Shown here one piece after another: positions 50,216 through 62,940 of a DNA stretch of 64,000 nt. Position 1 is the first letter of the stretch. Each line of letters opens with the position of its first letter. A program made the position numbers and the translations under genes. Origin of the DNA: Vicugna vicugna (taxonomy: Eukaryota); NCBI GenBank assembly GCA_013265495.1, contig MU058198.1, forward strand, positions 1,066,419 through 1,130,418. Reading direction: 5' to 3'. Under the pieces are notes generated by a model. That model worked only from the letters and a program-made list of their open reading frames with translations. It had not been told where the DNA came from and did not search any database.

Positions 50216-51461
50216 TGTAATGGGCTGATACACTGGAATCCACAGCATATTTTGAACATACCAGAAACCCAATAGGTATTTGCTGAATGAATGACTGTGC
50301 TAACAAAGAAATAATAAATGTGTGCAAGGAAAGAGATTAATGTTGAAGCATAGTGTCTGAGGCAGATTCAGAGAGTGGAGGCTAGAAAGGATGCTTTGGG
50401 TCAAGTTGTAGAAGGATCTGAATATTTTCCTAATGACTTAGACTTTTCCTTGTTTGATGAGCTTGAGCTCATTTGAGGATGCAGGTAGGTGGAGCCTCCA
50501 CCATCCTGAGATGGGAAAGCCATGATGAATCTTGACGGTGTCCACCTGGACACAGCTCACTTCTGCTCACATTTTATTGGCTTCTGCACGTCACATGGCC
50601 TTATGGGGGCAGGGAAGGGGAATGAATCCTATTTTGCGCACAGGAGGAGGAGAACCAAAATAGTGATAAACAGCACCAGTGACCGCCCCAGAAGCAGAAA
50701 AGTGTTTCCCACTTATTATTCAACAATAATAAGGGTTATTTTAGGTAAGTCACTAAATCTTTCTGATCTGCCTTTTTTTCCTTCTCAGTAAAAAGAGGTA
50801 TAGAACTTAAGAGCTCTAGAATTCTGTTGTATTTCTCTTTCTCTCTTCTCTCAAGCTAAGAATGGGGTGCAACATGACTGGGTACAGAAGGGTCAGGTTC
50901 TTCCGTAGAGCACAAGCAGACAGCCCAATGAGCCTGAGAGCAAAGGACAAAACTTAACCCCAGAGTTCATAAAAAATTTACAGAACCGCCAAGTGCTAAG
51001 CAAAAACATAAAAGAGTTCTCTGCACTCCGGGAAATTATTGAAGCCATAAAGATTCCTGCTCTTGCAGATGAAGCAGTTGGTGAGTGGAGAAGAGCAAAT
51101 CAATAATGTCATACTTCTTGCCCGGATCAAAATACTTTAGGAAATAACTGCAAAGTAAGAGGGGGACAAAGTCTGTCTCGGTCAATCACTGCATAGGGTA
51201 ATGTCATAGCAGAACACACAGCCTAATAGTCTGGCTTGGAATTTCAAAAGCCAGGAAAACATTTAATCAAAATTTGGAGCCATTGTAGCTCCTCAAGGAT
51301 GATTACTCAGCACATTGGCAGAGGATCTTCTTGGAGAAAGGATTTGATAGGGGGCTGTGCATATTTAAATAAATGCTGGTTTCACAACTGTAAGGATTCT
51401 CAGGTAAGAAAGGGGCAAGATTGTTCCCTTTTGGAGGACAAAGAAGCCAGGCATCACAAGG

Positions 51462-51492
51462 TGATGACTGTCATGATGACTGTCATGATGAC
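51462..51492. repeat. 12-bp tandem repeat (TGATGACTGTCA) x2.6
   Basis: Read directly from the sequence. Confidence 0.9.
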
Positions 51493-51539
51493 ATTGTTCA
51501 CTGTTGTATCGTCTGCCTTAGCACGGGGCAGGCACAACC

Positions 51540-51995
51540 TTTCATTCATTCCTCTGGCATAATTTGTTAAACATCTACTATGTGAAAGACATAGTTTTAA
51601 GGGCTGGAGTATATTAATGAACTACACAAAGTAGGTGTCTGCTCTGCTGGAGCTTACATTGTATTGAGGAAGACAGATAATAAATAAGAAAATTAATTTG
51701 ATCATGAAATAGTGGTAAATGCGATGAAGACAAGAAAATCAGTCATGATCAGGGGATCTAGGATGGTCTAGGATGCTCAGGACTTTTCTGTGATCAGAAG
51801 GATAGAAAGAGTTAGTCATGACATACAGGAGGAAGAACATTCCAGACAGAAGAAACAGCCAAAGCAAAGGCCCTGAAATGGGAACAAACTTGGCACATTT
51901 GAGGAACTTCAAGAAGGCCAGTGTGGGGAGGCCAGTGTTAGGGGCAGAGGGGTGGGTAGGGACGAGATGGTGTAGAACCTTAAAGGCTATGGGAA
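51540..51995 (-). mobile_element. L2 3' region
   Basis: aacattccagacagaagaaacagccaaagcaaaggccctga..aagaaggccagtgtgg. Confidence 0.85.
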
Positions 51996-52479
51996 GACCC
52001 GTGGTAGGTGCTCAATAAGTGTTTGTTGAATGACTGATTAACCGGCTGACCAAAGTGACTGAATGCTGTGATTTATCCCGGGTGGTATAGATATTCGATG
52101 GTTATGCTAAGACTAGAATTTGAGATGCAGCCTCAGCGCTTTTACATAAGATCACAGTAATCCCTGGTAAATGAGAACAGTGAGGTGTAGCAGATTGTGG
52201 AGTGACAAGTACTCCTTCTCACATCTGTTGAGCCCTTGTATTCATGTGCATTTGAACCTCCCACATCTCTGTAGATAGTTGTTACTGTTCTTTTTTGATA
52301 GATGAGGAAATGGAAGCTCAGAGTTTGACCTCAGTGACCACCGGCAGGGACTGATCAGTGGATTGGTGATTTCCTGATAGACAATATTTGTTTTGTTTCC
52401 TGCTATCTTCCCCAGCTCTTAGAACAGCACCTGATAAACAGCAACCACTCTATACATTTTGTTGAATGAACCAATAAAT

Positions 52480-52860
52480 CTGTATTTTAACAGAAATGAA
52501 AACATACTATACAATTTGCTTCTGAACCTACTTTTTTTTCTCATTGCGAACGTTTTCCATCATCAGTAAAAGTCTGCATGGTCATTTTTACTGACTACGT
52601 TATTTATCACTGTACAGATGTGTCTCCATTCATTTTACCAATCCCCTATTATTGGATATTTAGTTGTTTCCATATTTTTACTATTGCAAATATTCCCGCC
52701 ACTAAAAAACATCCTCCATCTGACACCTTTGCACATCTGTCTGATTTTGTTCTTGAGATTAAACGCCCTGAACAGAAATGCTGGCTGAATGAGATTCACA
52801 TTTCAGAAGCTTTGAAGACACAAACCCAAACTGCCCTTTGAAAAGACTGGGTTCATTTCA
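52480..52860 (-). mobile_element. Old L1ME-like fragment
   Basis: ccaatcccctattattggatatttagttgtttcca..cccaaactgccct. Confidence 0.75.
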
Positions 52861-53284
52861 GCATGTTATGTTTGGGATGCTATCCTTAAGGTGGATGATA
52901 TAAACTGCTGTGTGTTCAGAGGACAGGACCCCAAAACACACTTGCTATGTGAATAAAGAGAGAGAGAGAAAATCCAATTAAGCTAGGGGAGAGGTAGTTC
53001 AGGGGAGCAACAATAGCAGCTTCCAAAGATATGGGAACTTGAGTATCTGTTTGCAGAAGCCAAAAGGCATAACGGAAATGAAACTTCAGGAAAAGTAGTC
53101 AGTGTCAAGTTTAAACAGTGGAGGCTCTTAGAGAGAAGGCTGGGAGTACTCGGCCACAGAGACACTCATGCAGATGGAAAGTCCTCCCGGAACAGCCATG
53201 TGCTGGAAATCTTTGTCATCTGAGTCATTTCAGTGAGTTGACTTCATGTTTTTTTTTCCCCATTTCCATTTGTTTCTCTGGGAG

Positions 53285-53485
53285 GCACGCTGGATGTGTA
53301 GAATAAGGGTGGTCTTCGGAGATGGCCAGCCCTGGTTTTGGATCCAGGCTTCATTTACTCACTGTATGTCCTCGGGTGGTTTTCAAATATTTCTGAACCT
53401 AAATTTTCACATCTGTTAATTAGAGATGAAAACATCTGTCTCACAGGATGGTTAGAGAATTAGATGAGATCATTTCCATGTATCT
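53285..53485 (+). mobile_element. MIR fragment
   Basis: ttctgaacctaaattttcacatctgt..ctcacaggatggttagagaattagatgaga. Confidence 0.75.
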
Positions 53486-53684
53486 AATCCAGATAATGAG
53501 AATGTGAGAGTCTGCCAGGTTAAGCCTCTTGTGCTTCCAATGTATCTTCTCAAGTATTTGCGAGCTTGGGGGCATCCTTCTGAACCGGCGGTGTTTCTAG
53601 CCCCATCTCCCCTCGTGCCACATGCCAAAACCCTGTGAAGGTCAACACTCTGGTGTACTCTGTCCTCAGCGATGGGACACCGTT

Positions 53685-54100
53685 CTCATTCATTCATTCA
53701 ACACATATTTATTGAGCACTTAATATGTGCCAGGTACTGTCCTAGGTGCTGAAAATTGGAGGGTGACAAAAACTGGACATGGTTCCTGCCTTTGTGATAC
53801 TTATAGTCTGGTAGGGGTGAAAGATACTGGTCAAACAATCCCATGGATGAATAAATTACAAACCATGAATATGATAATTAGGGGATTATGAGAGAGTACA
53901 GGAAGAATCTCCTGGGTCTGGGGGGTGAGGGTTAGGGCAGTCTGGGAGGGTTTTCTTGAGGAAGTAACATCCTAGATGATAGCTCAGAGTGGACAGGCAA
54001 TGAGAGTGGAGGCAGGCTTTCCAGGCAGAGAGAAGGTGTGTGCAAAGGCCCTGAGGCAGGAAGGGATGTGATGTATTTGAGGGTTTGAAAGAATGCCGGA
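53685..54100 (-). mobile_element. L2 3' region, well preserved
   Basis: cattcattcattcaacacatatttattgagcacttaatatgtgccaggtactgtcctaggtgctg. Confidence 0.93.
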
Positions 54101-54724
54101 GTGACATAACTACTTCTGCCTTTGCCTTAGAACAGAGACCAAGATTAGCTACTAACAAGCTTTTACCAACAGTTTGGGGGTTAATTGAGATGAAAGCAAA
54201 ATAGTGAATAACTTATGATTGAACAAGCCCAGATGTGTCCTCAGCTTCCCCTGACTGCCTGGCTCTGCCTCTCTCCACCTGCTTCACCATGACTGGGCCT
54301 GAGTCCCCTCCTTCCCTCACCAGAAATACCCCAGGCATCTCTACATTGTGGAGTCTGGGCCCAGCTAACCCCCAGCTCACTGAGAGGACCAGCTTCCTTC
54401 CCTCTCATTTATGGTTTGTGTTCAGAATCCTCATTTCCTGCTTCCAGACTGACAACCCTCCAGGAGGTCTGACTGCGGAAACGTCCCTTCTCTTCAGGAC
54501 AGATGCCCCCCCCCAGCCCACAGGGCTGTGATCTGTCCCTGCCACACAGATAGAACAGCCCCATGTCCTATATTCTGGTTCTTTTGTATTAAGTAAAGTT
54601 GGAAAGGAGGTATGGACGTCCCAGTCTAGGTAAGGCTGTTCTTCTCTTAGAGCATTTTATTTTCAGCTTGTTCATATCATAGACTCCAAAATCTTGGGGC
54701 CCGGTCTCCTTCAGGAGCACTTGA

Positions 54725-55214
54725 TGTGGCACAGATTACTGGCAGTACCCAGGACCATCATCCATTATCTTCTTCTCCTGTAGTGTTGGAACCTCTGATT
54801 TCTAATTGAGTCTATGCCACCTGGATTAAAGATGACAGCTCCCAGCCTCCCTTGCAGCTGGAAGTAGTCATTGACTAGGTTCTGGCTAATGGGAAGTGTG
54901 CAGCTATGCCATCTGTAAGCTCATGACCTTAAAGAGAAAGGGTATTCTTTTTCTCCATTCCTCTTCCTAGCTGGCTGGAACATAGCAATGTGCCATATTG
55001 GACAAAGTGCATGAGGGTAACACCTGAAGAGGGCAGAGCGACAAGACAGAAGGAACCTGGGTTTTCTGACATCCTGAAGTCCCTATACCCACCCTGGGGC
55101 AGCTTACTCCTCGACTGTTAAACGAGAAAGAGAAAATTCAATATTATTTAATCACTGCAATTTTGAGGGAGGGGTCTCTCTTTTAGCAACCAAACTTATA
55201 ATCTAAATAATACA
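54725..55214 (+). mobile_element. MLT1H-J class solo LTR
   Basis: tgtggca..cccagcctcccttgcagctgg..ggcagagcgacaagacagaaggaacctggg..ctaaataataca. Confidence 0.8.
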
Positions 55215-56854
55215 ATTTGTCATTGTGTAAGATGCCTGGCACATAGTAGGTAGGCACTAAATTATAGCTATCATTTGTTTTTGAAGTTCTTCACCTGGCA
55301 ACGGGATCACAATCACATGTACTTATGGAGTGTTCTTACAAGGATAACCTTTAAAGGAGGTGCCCTAATGGAGATGGAGTAATATTGGATTAAGATAGAT
55401 CTTTACAGAAAAAGAAGATAAATGCAGAAGACAGTAATACATTTGGTAAATCTGTGTGGATGCATGAGACATATTTTATGAGGCAATGGGGATTTAAATG
55501 TGAATTTCGGCTCAAGTGAAATGAAAGCATTGATCCTCTTGGAGGCGGCTGGGGCTGGGAGGAGGGGAAATGCTGAGTCTTTGGAGGCTGTTCAACTTGA
55601 AGGTGACCAGCCCCCTTCTTGCTGCATCTGAAGTCCTAGCCCAAGCCTGCCCTGTTTTCTCCCAACAGTTGTAAGTTATGAAGCTGCATTTCTGTTTGAC
55701 CTCTGTTTATCAGTCTGGGAAACAGGCATGATGAGAGCTAAGGTTTTTCTTACAGACTTAGTGCCTCTCAGAGAAAGAGAGAGGGAGAAAATTAGGGAGC
55801 GGCATTGAGATTTTCATTGATTTAAATAGTCAAGTACACCAAGACGGCACTGAACCTCTCAAATGGCTGAGCCATCACCCCGTACAAATGTCCTCAAGGC
55901 CCCTATGTGGGGACAGACCCGGACTTCCGGTAGAACCATTACACTCCAGCCAAGGCTCCTTAACTACACCCAGAATTCACTCTCAGTAGGTAAGACCTGA
56001 GTTGAATTTGTACTCTGCAACTTTGTTACAAAGGGTGAGAACCTGGGTGACTAAATTCAGCTTTTCTGAAGCTGAGTTCCTTCATTTGTGACATCAGATT
56101 ATTATCTTCTCCACCTTACTGTTGTAAGTGCTTATTATTAACCCGCAGCTTGGTTTGGAAGAACAGTCTCAGGATGAATTGATCAGCTCACTGAAAATAA
56201 ATATGCAAGCCTGAGAGAGGATGCGACATTCAGCGACACAGCAGCATCCGTCATTGATCTGCCTGGGAGAAATCGGGTGGGAGCAGACACTGGACTGAGC
56301 AGGGGGCATGGTTTCCAGGCCTGACTCTATCGCTAACCTAGTGTTTGACATCATCCCCTGGACCTCCATTTCCTCATCTCTGCAACCCCTTCCATAATCT
56401 CAGTTGGTCCAGCAAAACCTGGACATCAATGGTATGACTTGGCCACGGTCCCAGAGGAGATCAGTCAAGGCCAAGGGGTAATCAGAATCCTAGTCTGGAA
56501 CTTTTTCCCATGCTTTTTAACAACATCTTGAAAATACCCACTTAGCACTCACTCTACATTGTATGTGGTGGTAGGTGTTAGGGGAACAAAGATGGAGAAA
56601 CAAGATCTCTCCCCTCAAAGGGCTAATGGTTTATGTGGTGAGACAGAGATACAAACAAGGTCGTTGACCGATGCTCCTGAAATTCTTCTGCTTGTCACTC
56701 CACTTGTGAAGAGGAGCCTGGGGAGCCTAGGACAGCCTATGGTTCCCAGAGCAGCTGCATCCTAGGCCTTACCTTCTGCAGCCCTGCTCTCTCTGCACCT
56801 CTGGGCCTTTGCACCTGACACCCTCTTCCTACGAATCGGCTAGCTTGCCTCACT

Positions 56855-57085
56855 GAAGTTTACTGGGCACTGCACCGTGCTCGCTGCTTTATTGGATTGA
56901 TCTCTAAAGCCCCAAAAACACCTTATGAAATATGGACTGCTGTTTTTATTCCCATCTTTCAGCTGAAGAATCAGAAGCACAGAGAAATTTAACTCCCTCG
57001 AAACACATAAACGGGAAGTGGCAGATCTGGGATTTGAACCCAGGGAGTGTGGACGGCTTCACTCTCCATTGTTAAACCACTCAGC
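56855..57085 (-). mobile_element. MIR SINE
   Basis: gaagcacagagaaatttaac..aagtggcagatctgggatttgaacccagg. Confidence 0.85.
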
Positions 57086-57469
57086 AGCTGTTTCCTCTGA
57101 CTTTGCTTCTGCCAGTCTCTCCTTTGGGGAACGTGGAGAAGCTCAGGTCCCTGAAGCTGAGGGTCTATTGAGGTCATTACTGACAGTGGTGGTGTCTGTT
57201 TCACTGGCTGACACCTCGTCTGTGTACTATTGGCCTTCGGGCTCTCCCTGTTCCAGGCAAAGGTTCACCCAGGTTTTACTGCGAATCCCAAGGAGGTTTC
57301 ACTCCAGTTCTGAAATGATTTGTTTAGGGCGTGTTGGCCCCGAGACCCTCTCGGTGGCCACTTTTCACTGGCTCCTGCTGGGACCACCTTGACAGCACTG
57401 ATGTGTGTTAGGGTGGTGCCGCCCAGTGCTCCTCAAAGCTGGACATTCATAACAACAGCAACATCGGGA

Positions 57470-57700
57470 AAACAGCCAGCATTTAGCAAACACTCTCTAT
57501 GTGCCCAGTACGCACTCTCCATGTAGGAACTCACTTATTCCTCACAGCAGACTTAGGAAGTAGGCATAATTAATATACCCACTTTACAGATGAGAAAAGC
57601 AAGGCTCAGATACGAGAAGCAACTTGCCCACAAAGTCAATGAGAAAGAAGCAGAGTCAGGATTTGGACGTGGGTTGCCTGGCCTGAAGGCTGCAGTCTGC
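57470..57700 (-). mobile_element. MIR SINE
   Basis: cccactttacagatgagaaaagcaaggctcaga..aacttgccca. Confidence 0.88.
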
Positions 57701-59126
57701 CCCACTGGGACGTACTGCATTTCCACTGTCTTTCCCGAGCTGAAGCCACACTGCGCGCTGTGCTGAAACGAGTCAAATGCTGCCCTCCCCCTGCACCTGT
57801 CCCCAGTTTGTCCCCTGGCCTCCAAAGCTGTCATGTCAGGGCCGATTGAGGCTCAGAGATGCTCCTTCGACGTCCTTCTCCTCAGGGCTCAGACTCCAGC
57901 CTTGAGGCCAGTGAGATCCCCACTTCTTTCTTCTGCATCCATCAACTCCTGCTCGTGGATTTCCTGGGGGCTGCCAACCTCCCTGCCCATGTGACTTGCA
58001 CGATAGCCTGAATTCCTTTTCTCTAGATAGAACCCTTGTTGCACCAAACAAAGAACAAAAAGTCCTATGAAATCTACTCTTTTGACTTAGCATTTTCTCA
58101 GTGTCCTCTCTTTTTGCAGGGGCGCTGGAAGCCATTAGAGAGAATATTTATTTACCCAAAGCTCTGAGAATCTTTGCATTCAGTCTGCTTTTCTTTTTTT
58201 TTTTCTTCTTTTGAATGGGCATTGTTCAATCGGGAACATCAGAAATTGACTTTTGAAGTCAAAATTATATCCTAGAACCAGCTCTCATTGTATGCTACAA
58301 AAGATCTCGAAGGAGAGCTGCACTGAGCTTTCATTTCCTCGGGCAGTGGGATGGGGCCAGGGGCCGACAGGTCCAGCCCCTGAGGCTTCCACCTGAAGGT
58401 CAACCCCCTCACTAAGTGAAGTCTTTTGAAACCACAACACAGCAGAGCCAAGCGGGGCATCGGTGGCAGGCTGGAGAGGAAAGTCTAGACGCTTTCTGTA
58501 AATGCTGCCTGCGGCCGAAGCAATCTTTGACTTCCGATGACCCTCGTCTTCATATAACAGAGTGGGACACCTGAAGCGAGGATCTGTCAGGACATGCACC
58601 TGGCAGGATGCGAGGCCTTGGGTGCTGGGGCCCAGGTTTCAGGCTTCTGGAGCTGGGAGTGGTGACAGGGGTCCAGGACACTTGGAGGGGGCCCAGATCT
58701 CCCAGGGCCCAGAGATGCTCCTGCACAATTGTGTTCACTTGTGTTCACTTCACCTCTCCCTCGCGTCTCTCAGCGGTAACGAACGTGTGACTACGTGCCC
58801 CATCATTCTGCCACAATCAATTTCAGCAACTGTTCCTCTCTCAAACCTCTGCCAAGAAGAGACTCCTTAAGAATCACTGGGTGAAAAATCAGGCTCAGTT
58901 GTTAGTCTGAAGGCTGGCAAATCTCACCATCTCCCCACAGACAATACATCAAACACAGCTACAAATCGGCCTCAAATACAGGCGTAATGAATTGGCCAGG
59001 CACTTAGGACTCGGAGCTGAGCTTGCAGCTCAAACATGCGCTTTTCTCTACTGTGTTTGGGCTATTTTCTTACAAGCCTTAGTGGAGACTCCGAAAGTAA
59101 CTTGTGTCTTAGATCAGAATCTTCTG

Positions 59127-59265
59127 ATATGAAAACGAATATATGTATGTTCACATACGACCGAAGCATCATGCGGTACACCAGAAATTGACACAACATT
59201 GTAAACTGACTGTACTTCAATAAAATATTTATACATGAAAGGATGTATTCCAAAAAAATTAAAAA
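59127..59265 (+). mobile_element. Young L1 3' stub with TSD
   Basis: CpG-intact L1 tail; TSD agaatcttctg 59116-59126 / agagtcttctg 59266-59276. Confidence 0.88.
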
Positions 59266-59282
59266 AGAGTCTTCTGGACCCA

Positions 59283-59852
59283 TGTGCTTACTGTATGGCC
59301 CAGCCATTTCACCCCGAGGTCTGACACCGGACATCTGGAAACCTATGTCCACACCAAAACCTGTGTGTGAAAATCGTAACATTCTCCACAGCAGCCTAAA
59401 GCTGAACACTCTACCAACATCTGTCAACTGGTAAATGGGTCCACAGCACGTGGCCAATCCGTGCCATAGAATGCCTCTCCAGAATAAAAAGGAGCAAAAC
59501 TGCTGATGCCTGCCTGACATGGTGAACCTAAAAATAGTTACGAAACGTTGTGGGAAGAGCCAGACAGAAAAGACTACATAATGTATGATTCCATTTATAT
59601 GAAATTTCTAGAAAAGGCAAAATTAGAGTGTGAGGAAGCTTGGGGCTGGAGCCGGGGACCTGCGGTTGCTTGGGACTGGAGCTGTGAGTAGGAATTGGCA
59701 GCAAACGGGCCAGGAGAGCGATAAGAAAAAAAAAGTTCTAAAACTGGATTTGGGGGATGGTTTCCTAATTGTGGAAATTTACTCAAACGTACTGAACTGT
59801 GCACTTGTAATGGGTAAATTTTATGATATGTAAATTATACATACCATAAAAG
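59283..59852 (+). mobile_element. Old L1MB/MC-like 3' end
   Basis: aaacctatgtccacac..tgtatgattccatttatatgaaatttctagaaaaggcaaa..tatgtaaattata. Confidence 0.88.
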
Positions 59853-59994
59853 ACATGACAACTGAAAAGAATCCTCTGGACTTCCCTCTCTGCTTTCTTC
59901 ATTCCTTGCTTTCTTCTCTCTCTCCCCCTCTGTTCCTCTCTAAACATTTGCTTGAAAAGTGTCCCTGGTGCAGCTCTAGGCACTGCAGTCACTC

Positions 59995-60665
59995 ATCGCC
60001 CATTCATTCTGTGGATATTATTGAGCGTCTACTACATGCCAGGCACTGGCTTGGAGACTGGGGAGAGATTAGTGAAAAAAACAAATCCTCTGTCCTTACG
60101 GAACAGGCATTTAGTGGGGCAGACAGACTGACAAATATAAACATCATGTTAGGAAGTCTTGATGCTTTGAACCAAGAAAGACCAGAGAGGGAGGGTGATG
60201 GTCGTTTTGGCTGGGATCCGGGAAGGGCTGGGGCCAGCACTCGCGCATCAGCCGGAATGACAGGAGGAAGGGCAGACCGCGAGACCGACCGGCCAGTGCA
60301 AAGCTCCAAGATGGAGACTGGCTCCATGTGCCAGAGGAGCAAGGGGGCCAGTGTGGCCGGCTGGAGAAGAGGGCGCGAGGAAGAGGAAGGCAGGGCTGGG
60401 TAGTAGGCACTTCGGGTTTTACATTAATAGTGTTGGAAACCACGACACGATCTAGAGCAGGGTAAGACCCCATCTGACTTCTGTCTCAAAGGATCCCTCT
60501 GGCTGCTGTGAGGCACGAACCAGAGGCATGGGGAACAGTACACGGAGGTGGTGAGGAAGTTCATGTCCAGGTGGGAGAGGATGGTCGCTTGGTGGGCACT
60601 ATGGAGGAGTTGCTGTGTGCTCAGAAATGAGATGTGTTTTGAAGGTAAGCATGACAGGATTGCAA
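59995..60665 (-). mobile_element. L2 3' region
   Basis: tattgagcgtctactacatgccaggcactg..aaaggatccctctggctgctgtg. Confidence 0.85.
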
Positions 60666-60734
60666 ATAAAGAACTCTGAAGCTAAAATGAGCTAATAATC
60701 CAGTGGGGGAAAGAGCTGTAAAGGCAGTAGCCAT

Positions 60735-61100
60735 ATTGAACGTTTATTGCACATGTACTCTGCTAAACACATCTTTTAATCCTCACTGTAACTACTGGGT
60801 AGTTATGATCATTACCATTTTACAGATGGAAAAATTGAGGCCCATAAGAGATTAAACATCTTGCCCAAGGTTGTGCCTCTAGTAAGTGGTAGAGTTAAGA
60901 TTTGGACCCAGAACAACCTATTTCAGCACCACCCCCCCTTTTTAATGCTCTTTTTTGGTTTTTTTGGCTGGGGGAGGTAATTAGGTTTATTTATTTAATT
61001 ATTTTTTTAAAGGCAGTACTGGAGATTGAACCCAGGACCTCGTGCATGCTAAGGTGATACCCTTCCCCTTTAGGCCCTATTTTCTTAACCACTCTGCTAC
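60735..61100 (-). mobile_element. MIR SINE split by a young SINE
   Basis: ccattttacagatggaaaaattgaggccc..ttgcccaagg..[SINE]..ttcttaaccact. Confidence 0.85.
60939..61068 (-). mobile_element. vic-1-type tRNA-Ala SINE lacking the A box
   Basis: Reverse complement reads ggggaagggtat-cacc-ttagcatgcacgaggtcctgggttcaatc..aataaacctaattacctcc. Confidence 0.85.
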
Positions 61101-61338
61101 GCTGGCTCTGTGTGCTAAGTCACTTGGACTGTGACTTGAAGGAGGAAGAGGAGCTCTCCAGGGGACAGCGTGATGGGGGGGTGGAGCACGTACTGTCATT
61201 GGGGCATGATCAAGCTTGGTACAAACCTAAAACAGCATATGAGTCCAGAGGGCTGGAGCATAGGGTACCTGGGAAATGAGTCTGGAGAAGGAAACAGAGG
61301 GCAGATCACAGCCAAGTAGTTTAGAATGTCCGGAGGCC

Positions 61339-61585
61339 AGTGTTTCCGTAAATAGTGGAGACACAGCACATGGGCTAAGCAAAATGATTATAAGTGATAC
61401 ACAGGCAAGCACTTTTATTTAAATGGTTGTGGATTTCTTATCTGTTCCTATTAATGCAAATTATAAAAATATACGATTATTCCATCAAACCTGTGATGTC
61501 ATAAATATCGCTTAGCATGGGAGAAAAGTTTTTAGAAACAGTTGATCAAGAGAAAGATGTTATGTCGTTAATAGTACAGTTGGAA
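61339..61585. mobile_element. hAT-Charlie MITE fragment (MER113/Charlie-like)
   Basis: cagtgtttcc..catcaaacctgtgat..gcttagcatg..taatagtacag. Confidence 0.5.
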
Positions 61586-61798
61586 GATTATTCATGCTGT
61601 GCTGTTTGCAATACGAAAAGACTGGGAACTACCTAAATGTCCATCAACTAGTTGAAGAATGGGGCAGAAGAATACAAAGCAGCCTTTAAACATGAAGAAG
61701 CTTTTTATAATCTGATTGAGAACAAGTTATAAGGTGCACTGTTCAGTCATCAAAGACACTGACAGAACATTATGTCTGATATGCTTCCGTTTGTATTT

Positions 61799-61805
<7 letters not shown>

Positions 61806-61837
<32 letters not shown>
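61806..61837. repeat. (GT)16 microsatellite
   Basis: Perfect dinucleotide run. Confidence 0.97.
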
Positions 61838-61839
<2 letters not shown>

Positions 61840-61900
61840 ATGTATTTGCTTATATATGAGTAGACTTTCTCTGGAAGGACTACAAGCAACCAATAGTGGC

Positions 61901-62260
61901 TGTCTTAGTCTGCTCAGGCTGCTGTAACGAAATACCATAGACCTGGTAGCTTACAAACAGAAATTTATTTCTTTGTTTGGAGGTTGCGAAGTCCAACAAC
62001 AAAGTACCAGCATGGCTGCATTCTGGAGAAAGCCTTCTTTGTGGCGCTTGGCTGATGCCTTTTCCCTGTGTCCTCACGGGGTGGAGGCGGGCAGGGAACT
62101 CTCTGGGGCCTCTTTTATAAGGGCAGTAATCCTATTCCTGAGAGCTCCACCCTCGTGACCTCGTCACCTCCTGAAGGTCACACCTCCGAACACCATCACA
62201 TGGGGGTTAGGATTCCAACGGGTCAGTTTTTCCAGGGACACAAGCGTATAGACCATGACG
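61901..62260 (-). mobile_element. MLT1A-like solo LTR
   Basis: tgtcttagtctgctcaggctgctgtaac..ctctggggcctcttttataagggc..accatcacatgggggttaggatt. Confidence 0.92.
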
Positions 62261-62709
62261 ATGGTGGTTGTCTGGGAAACGGACCTGGTCGACAGGGTAG
62301 ATGGGAGAGGTTTTGTTATATACCTTTTCCTAACTTTTGCATTTTGAATCACACAAATGCATTCAGAGTTCAATTATTTAATATCAGTGAGTGCAGTTCA
62401 TCTATATGGTGCAGATTCTCAGGGTGGTACATGAGAGGTGTGTGTCTGAGGTCCACACATAGGCAACAGGGAGGCAGAGAAGCTGAGGAGAGTTTCCCAC
62501 GGGTCTATTAGGTTGACCAGCTGTCTGCAGTCCTTGGCATCTCTTTCTTTTCATCCTTTTATAGCTCTGTGTTCTCATTTTATTTTCATAAGAATCCTAT
62601 GGGATGGGGCCCCTCTGCAAAAGTGAGACTGTTAATCAGAAAATGTGTCTGTGTCTCAGGCCTGAACAACCCCGTTGTGTCTGCATGGTCTCAAGCTGGC
62701 TGACTGCCC

Positions 62710-62940
62710 TGGTTATGAGCACTTCAGTGCCAAGCTGGGGTCCAGCCTGGGCTCTGCGTTTCCCTGGATGAGCCTAATCAAGTCATTTCCTTCCGTCCCT
62801 TGAACCTCGATTTCTTCTTTTGTAAAACTGAGATGACAGCACGACCTCTGTCCCAGGATTATTGTGAGACTAAAATGAGGCCAGAGATGTATAGCATTTT
62901 GCACAGCTCACAGAAGAGATTAAGGACCCAACAAATCTCA
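62710..62940 (+). mobile_element. MIR SINE
   Basis: gaacctcgatttcttcttttgtaaaactgagatgaca..ggattattgtgagactaaaatgag. Confidence 0.75.

Larger units (their letters stand above)
61590..62380 (+). mobile_element. Old L1ME-like 3' fragment split by MLT1A
   Basis: aagactgggaactacctaaatgtccatcaa; tctggaagga..[LTR]..gtggttgtctgg. Confidence 0.7.

Noticed and set aside
59855..60473. 182-aa and overlapping ORFs
   Set aside because: They lie within L2 and simple-repeat sequence.
60922..60931. REST/RE1 left half-site TTCAGCACCA
   Set aside because: No right half at canonical spacing; lies in a MIR next to a SINE tail.
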